From Aulosira sp. ZfuVER01 (lineage in GTDB: Bacteria > Cyanobacteriota > Cyanobacteriia > Cyanobacteriales > Nostocaceae), in NCBI GenBank assembly GCA_034530615.2, contig JAVRCV020000001.1, forward strand, positions 1 to 64,000: DNA of 64,000 nt. The letters are read 5' to 3'. This document shows, piece after piece, positions 60,221 to 64,000 of the stretch. The notes under the pieces were generated by a model. The model did no database searches. It was not told the origin of the DNA and saw nothing but the letters and a program-made list of their open reading frames with translations. How positions within the stretch are numbered: the stretch's first letter is position 1; every line of letters begins with the position of its first letter. The position numbers were made by a program, and so were the translations under genes.

Positions 60221-60310
60221 GAGTCCACTTGCCGTCTACAGCCCTTCGGGCATCCTTCGACGGGCGGTTCCCGTCACGATGGCAAAGTGGCGAACCCGAA
60301 GGGCGGTTCG
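60221..60310. repeat. GC-rich nested dispersed repeat/hairpin
   Basis: gcccttcggg...cccgaagggc; ccactt...aagtgg; gacggg...cccgtc inverted pairs. Confidence 0.5.
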
Positions 60311-60382
60311 TCCTGGATTTGTCACACCAATATCCAACTTATGAGATGATTAACATTTGTTAGTACACCATAAAAATTAATT

Positions 60383-60607
60383 ATGTGGCAGGTAAATATC
60401 CATTGTTCCGGAGAAGCTTGGAAAATCTATGGTGCTGAATTTAAAGCGTTGGCAGATAAATATCAAGGTGCTTGCATTACTTCTAAAAAAATGCCCGATG
60501 GTAAACGAATTATGGTATACAAAATTGAGGATGTGAGCGATGCTGAAAACTTTGTGGAAGAATGCCAAAAATTTTCTGGTTTTACAGCAGACTTTGAATC
60601 TTTATAG
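60383..60607 (+). CDS. Hypothetical protein
   Basis: 74-aa ATG ORF directly upstream of the cytochrome gene. Confidence 0.65.
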   Translation: MWQVNIHCSGEAWKIYGAEFKALADKYQGACITSKKMPDGKRIMVYKIEDVSDAENFVEECQKFSGFTADFESL

Positions 60608-60636
60608 AATTGAAGGTGTATATATTAGCGAGAAAT

Positions 60637-60975
60637 ATGTTGAAACCCATTATAAAATTGATATTAATTACTTTCTTGATACTGACAAGTATTCTGACAC
60701 CAACTGCTATTGCAGCAGAGATAGATCATGGCGCTCAAATATTTGAGATTCATTGTGCTGGTTGTCATATCAACGGTGGTAATATTGTCAGACGAGGTAA
60801 GACTTTGAAGAAAAAAGCACTCAAGAAATATGGCATGGATTCTTTAGAAGCAATATCATCCATTGTCACCAATGGTAAAAATAATATGTCACCTTACAAA
60901 GACCGCCTAACTACAGAGCAAATCCAAGATGTCTCTGCTTATGTTTTAGAACAAGCCCAAAAAGACTGGCGTTAA
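60637..60975 (+). CDS. Cytochrome c6-like protein
   Basis: Signal peptide, CAGCH heme motif, GKNNM axial Met, V.AYVL.QA..DW. Confidence 0.9.
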   Translation: MLKPIIKLILITFLILTSILTPTAIAAEIDHGAQIFEIHCAGCHINGGNIVRRGKTLKKKALKKYGMDSLEAISSIVTNGKNNMSPYKDRLTTEQIQDVSAYVLEQAQKDWR

Positions 60976-60999
60976 ATAATTCATCATTCATCATTCAAA

Positions 61000-62019
61000 A
61001 TGGCACTACCCGCAGCAAGCTATCTACAATTTACCCCCGATTTAAACATTTGCCGAATCTTAAATGGAATGTGGCAAGTGTCTGGTGGACATGGACGCAT
61101 CGATCCAAAAGCTGCTATTCAAACTATGTTCAAATATGTGGATGCAGGCTTTACTACTTGGGATTTAGCAGACCATTATGGCCCCGCCGAAGACTTAATT
61201 GGTGAGTTCCGTCGTCAACTTATTGCAACTCGTGGTCAAGAAGCTGGATCTCATATCCAAGCCTTCACCAAATGGGTGCCTCGTCCCGGTAAAATGACGA
61301 AAAAAATTGTCGAGGACAATATTAATATCTCCCTCAGAAGGATGGATGTGGAATCATTAGATTTGATGCAATTTCACTGGTGGGAATACCGAGATCAAAA
61401 CTACCTCGATGCCCTCAACTATATGGCAGAACTCCAAACTGAGGGCAAAATTAAGCATTTAGCTTTGACTAACTTTGATACTGAACATCTGCAAATTATT
61501 GTGGAAGCAGGTATCAAAATAGTGTCTAACCAAGTGCAATTTTCTTTGGTTGACCGTCGCCCAGAAGTGAATATGATTCAGTTCAGTCAACAGCACGACA
61601 TCAAACTTTTTACTTATGGTACAGTTTGCGGTGGGTTGTTATCAGAAAAGTATGTAGGTAAACCAGAACCGCGAGGATTTGACCTGGCTACAGTTAGCTT
61701 GAAGAAATATAAGAATATGGTCGATGCTTGGGGTGGTTGGCAATTATTTCAAGAGTTGCTTTCTGCTCTCAAATCTATTGCCGATAAGCATGGAGTCAGC
61801 ATCTCTAACGTGGCAGTACGTTATATCTTAGATAAGCCTGCTGTTGGGGGAGTAATTGTCGGTGCAAGACTTGGCATCTCGGAACATTTAGAAGATAACG
61901 CGAAAGTATTTGATTTCGCTTTAGATGCTGAGGATTTAACTCAAATCGATGCAGTGTCTCAAAATGCACGAGATTTATATAAGTTAATTGGCGATTGCGG
62001 CGACGAATATAGGCGATAA
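61000..62019 (+). CDS. Aldo/keto reductase
   Basis: GMWQ, WDLADHYG, FTK, LDLMQFHW, EGKIK.LALTNF, SNQVQFS. Confidence 0.92.
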   Translation: MALPAASYLQFTPDLNICRILNGMWQVSGGHGRIDPKAAIQTMFKYVDAGFTTWDLADHYGPAEDLIGEFRRQLIATRGQEAGSHIQAFTKWVPRPGKMTKKIVEDNINISLRRMDVESLDLMQFHWWEYRDQNYLDALNYMAELQTEGKIKHLALTNFDTEHLQIIVEAGIKIVSNQVQFSLVDRRPEVNMIQFSQQHDIKLFTYGTVCGGLLSEKYVGKPEPRGFDLATVSLKKYKNMVDAWGGWQLFQELLSALKSIADKHGVSISNVAVRYILDKPAVGGVIVGARLGISEHLEDNAKVFDFALDAEDLTQIDAVSQNARDLYKLIGDCGDEYRR

Positions 62020-62232
62020 AAACCTCTATTCTTCTACCAAATTAGATAGCATACCTGAGGCGCGATCGCTTAAACATAGATGAGATGGTACGTTCTGCTG
62101 TGTATACTTCTGCCACAGGAAGCTCCTTGAATCTTGTGATTACAAAGGACAGATAAAATAGGCAGCTGTGGGTAAATTGCTTTTTTCCACAGACTGCCAT
62201 TTGAACTTAGATATTATGCTTAAGCAGCTGGG

Positions 62233-62772
62233 CTACACACCTACAGGAGTTTGAGTATCAGCTGCTGATGGTTTACTGTTTGGATCTAATGCTTGTCCTT
62301 CAATAAACGATCGCAGCATCCACGCCATCTGCTCATGCTCTTCCATCAATCCAGTTAAAAAGTCAGCAGTTCCTTGGTCATGAAACTCTTCACCAGAGCG
62401 ATCTACATGGTCTCTGAGATTACGAATTACCTGTTCGTGATCTTCTACTAGTTGAGCTACCATCCCTGTGGCTGTAGGAACTTGACCAGCTTTTTCTTTA
62501 ATGGTGGCAATCTTTAAAAATCCCTCCATTGTACCAACAGGGTAACCACCCAAAGTGCGAACCCGTTCTGCTATGGCATCAATATTAACTGTCAGTTTTT
62601 CGTAGTGTTCTTCCCACAGTTGGTGCAGAGTACGGAATTGAGGGCCAACAATGTCCCAGTGATACTTTTTAGTTCTGACTAACAGTACATAAGAATCTGC
62701 TAAGTCTTGATTTAACAGATTAATTACACCTTGGCGCTGTTGTTCTGTTAACCCTATGTTGATTTTAGGCAT
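62233..62772 (-). CDS. dps: Dps family DNA-binding ferritin-like protein
   Basis: YHWDIVGPQFRTLH, DAIAER, HEQMAWML. Confidence 0.95.
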   Translation of the reverse strand: MPKINIGLTEQQRQGVINLLNQDLADSYVLLVRTKKYHWDIVGPQFRTLHQLWEEHYEKLTVNIDAIAERVRTLGGYPVGTMEGFLKIATIKEKAGQVPTATGMVAQLVEDHEQVIRNLRDHVDRSGEEFHDQGTADFLTGLMEEHEQMAWMLRSFIEGQALDPNSKPSAADTQTPVGV

Positions 62773-63212
62773 TGCTTTCTCTCTCTTAGCGAACTTATTT
62801 ACTAAGTTCCCAAATTCAATCCTAAAATTACATCAGTCTACAGAATGATAATAAAATATTTTAATTTTGCCGTTAATATTTTAATTATATGCTAATGGAT
62901 AGATGAGTAATTTTCATAATTGATATCTAATTTTTAGATACAAAAATAAATCAGGCTAATTTTTAATAAAAAATTTTTTCTGTCAAACTAATCTAATAGT
63001 AAGAGACATCTTGAATATTCTCATTAATCAAGACGCCTCTACTAAAAGCTAGAACAACCTATTGTGATAAATAACCAGACAGAAAATTAGATTTTTAATC
63101 AGGGTTACATCACAATATTGGCTAAAGATACTAGGTGCTGGAAATTGCAGTTCATCTTAATACCCATAATATCAATTAACTGCGGTTTCCCAGAGATTAC
63201 TATAAACGCAAC

Positions 63213-63578
63213 CTATTTCTTACCTGTAACTTTTTCCAAGAAATTTTCTACTTTGTCTTCTACTGAAGTTGCACTTTGTGAATTGGAAGGACGCTTCATC
63301 TTGTCGATATCTGCATCTCCCTGAACTTCATTTAGCCCCTCATTTGATTTTTTCTGAACCTCTTCCAATCCTGGGGGTGCGGATCTCTCTACTTCGTCAG
63401 TTTTGCGCTGAATGTCCAGAAGTTGTGTAGTGGCTTCTTCAGGATTGCTCCGATAGCTATCAATTGCAAAAGCAGGAAACGCATTAGATAGCAATAACAA
63501 TGCACAGGTAAAACCGACAACTAGAAGACGTACAGGACGTAAGATAGATGAAACCAAAGCAATAATTTTCATTTTCAT
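63213..63578 (-). CDS. Hypothetical exported stress-type small protein
   Basis: Signal peptide (PAFA), GLNEVQG.AD..KM, KVTG C-terminus. Confidence 0.75.
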   Translation of the reverse strand: MKMKIIALVSSILRPVRLLVVGFTCALLLLSNAFPAFAIDSYRSNPEEATTQLLDIQRKTDEVERSAPPGLEEVQKKSNEGLNEVQGDADIDKMKRPSNSQSATSVEDKVENFLEKVTGKK

Positions 63579-64000
63579 TCCTCAATAACAGCGTCAAAAA
63601 CGCAGAACTTGTACTTCAGTAGAGAGGCCTTTACCCTAAGTAGGTTAGTTAACAAGACTAATTGTTAAGGTATACCTCTTGAAGCAATATGTTTATAAAC
63701 CTAGTGAAGAAATAGACTTTTTTAGTTAAGCTGAATAATAAACTAATAAATAATTATTATTCAACAGATACATAAAATTTTTCAAGTCGTAAATTCTTCA
63801 GAGGTTCGATAATTTATTTTTATCCTGATTTTTTAAGGTTTGCATCAATCTGGAGAATGAAATTAATTTCACATAGATTTGCAATAAAATCACTCTCTAG
63901 GCAGAGCTAGCTAATATAGTTTATGCAGGTGAATTGTTTCACTATTTATATAAATTTGGTTAATTAATAATTAGCATGATTTATATTCTAATTATTAATA

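Noticed and set aside
169..63324. Many short antisense or alternate-frame ORFs in the track (e.g. 169..627, 4714..4950, 30101..30358, 40658..40978, 56098..56358)
   Set aside because: They overlap well-supported genes and show no family motifs.
1..64000. tRNA, rRNA, transposase, integrase or intron/intein genes
   Set aside because: No such signatures were recognised by eye; a covariance-model scan would be needed to exclude small RNAs.

Overview
Window from a filamentous cyanobacterium (Nostocales-like: frequent HIP1 GCGATCGC octamers, heptamer tandem repeats, REP/MITE-like elements). Most of it is ordinary core content: wecA/mraY-like gene, cinA, xth, ppsA, two hybrid histidine kinases, a PMT-family mannosyltransferase, rarA, mmsA, tldD/pmbA, tex, ferredoxin, a cytochrome c6-like gene and dps. 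The standout is a 14 kb minus-strand tandem array (12480-26670) converging on an HlyD gene. Three large paralogues share a constant N-terminal module (PPC-like domain, five 50-aa FG-GAP-like repeats, PPC-like domain) but end differently: one in LGFP-like and SH3b-like repeats plus an Ntox44-like toxin with no adjacent immunity gene, and two in HEXXH metalloproteases. A subtilase with a decayed version of the same N-terminus follows. The three large genes carry a TTACGTAA palindrome at the same upstream distance and show signs of recent sequence exchange. Signals missing from the ORF track include a cas6 relic next to an intact 2OG-Fe(II) oxygenase, a wecA-like gene with no canonical start codon, an acireductone dioxygenase pseudogene overrun by a 21-bp tandem array, a 21-nt insertion inside a HIP1 site in a kinase gene, and an in-frame palindromic insertion in ppsA. 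All calls are from motif recognition by eye; no searches were run.
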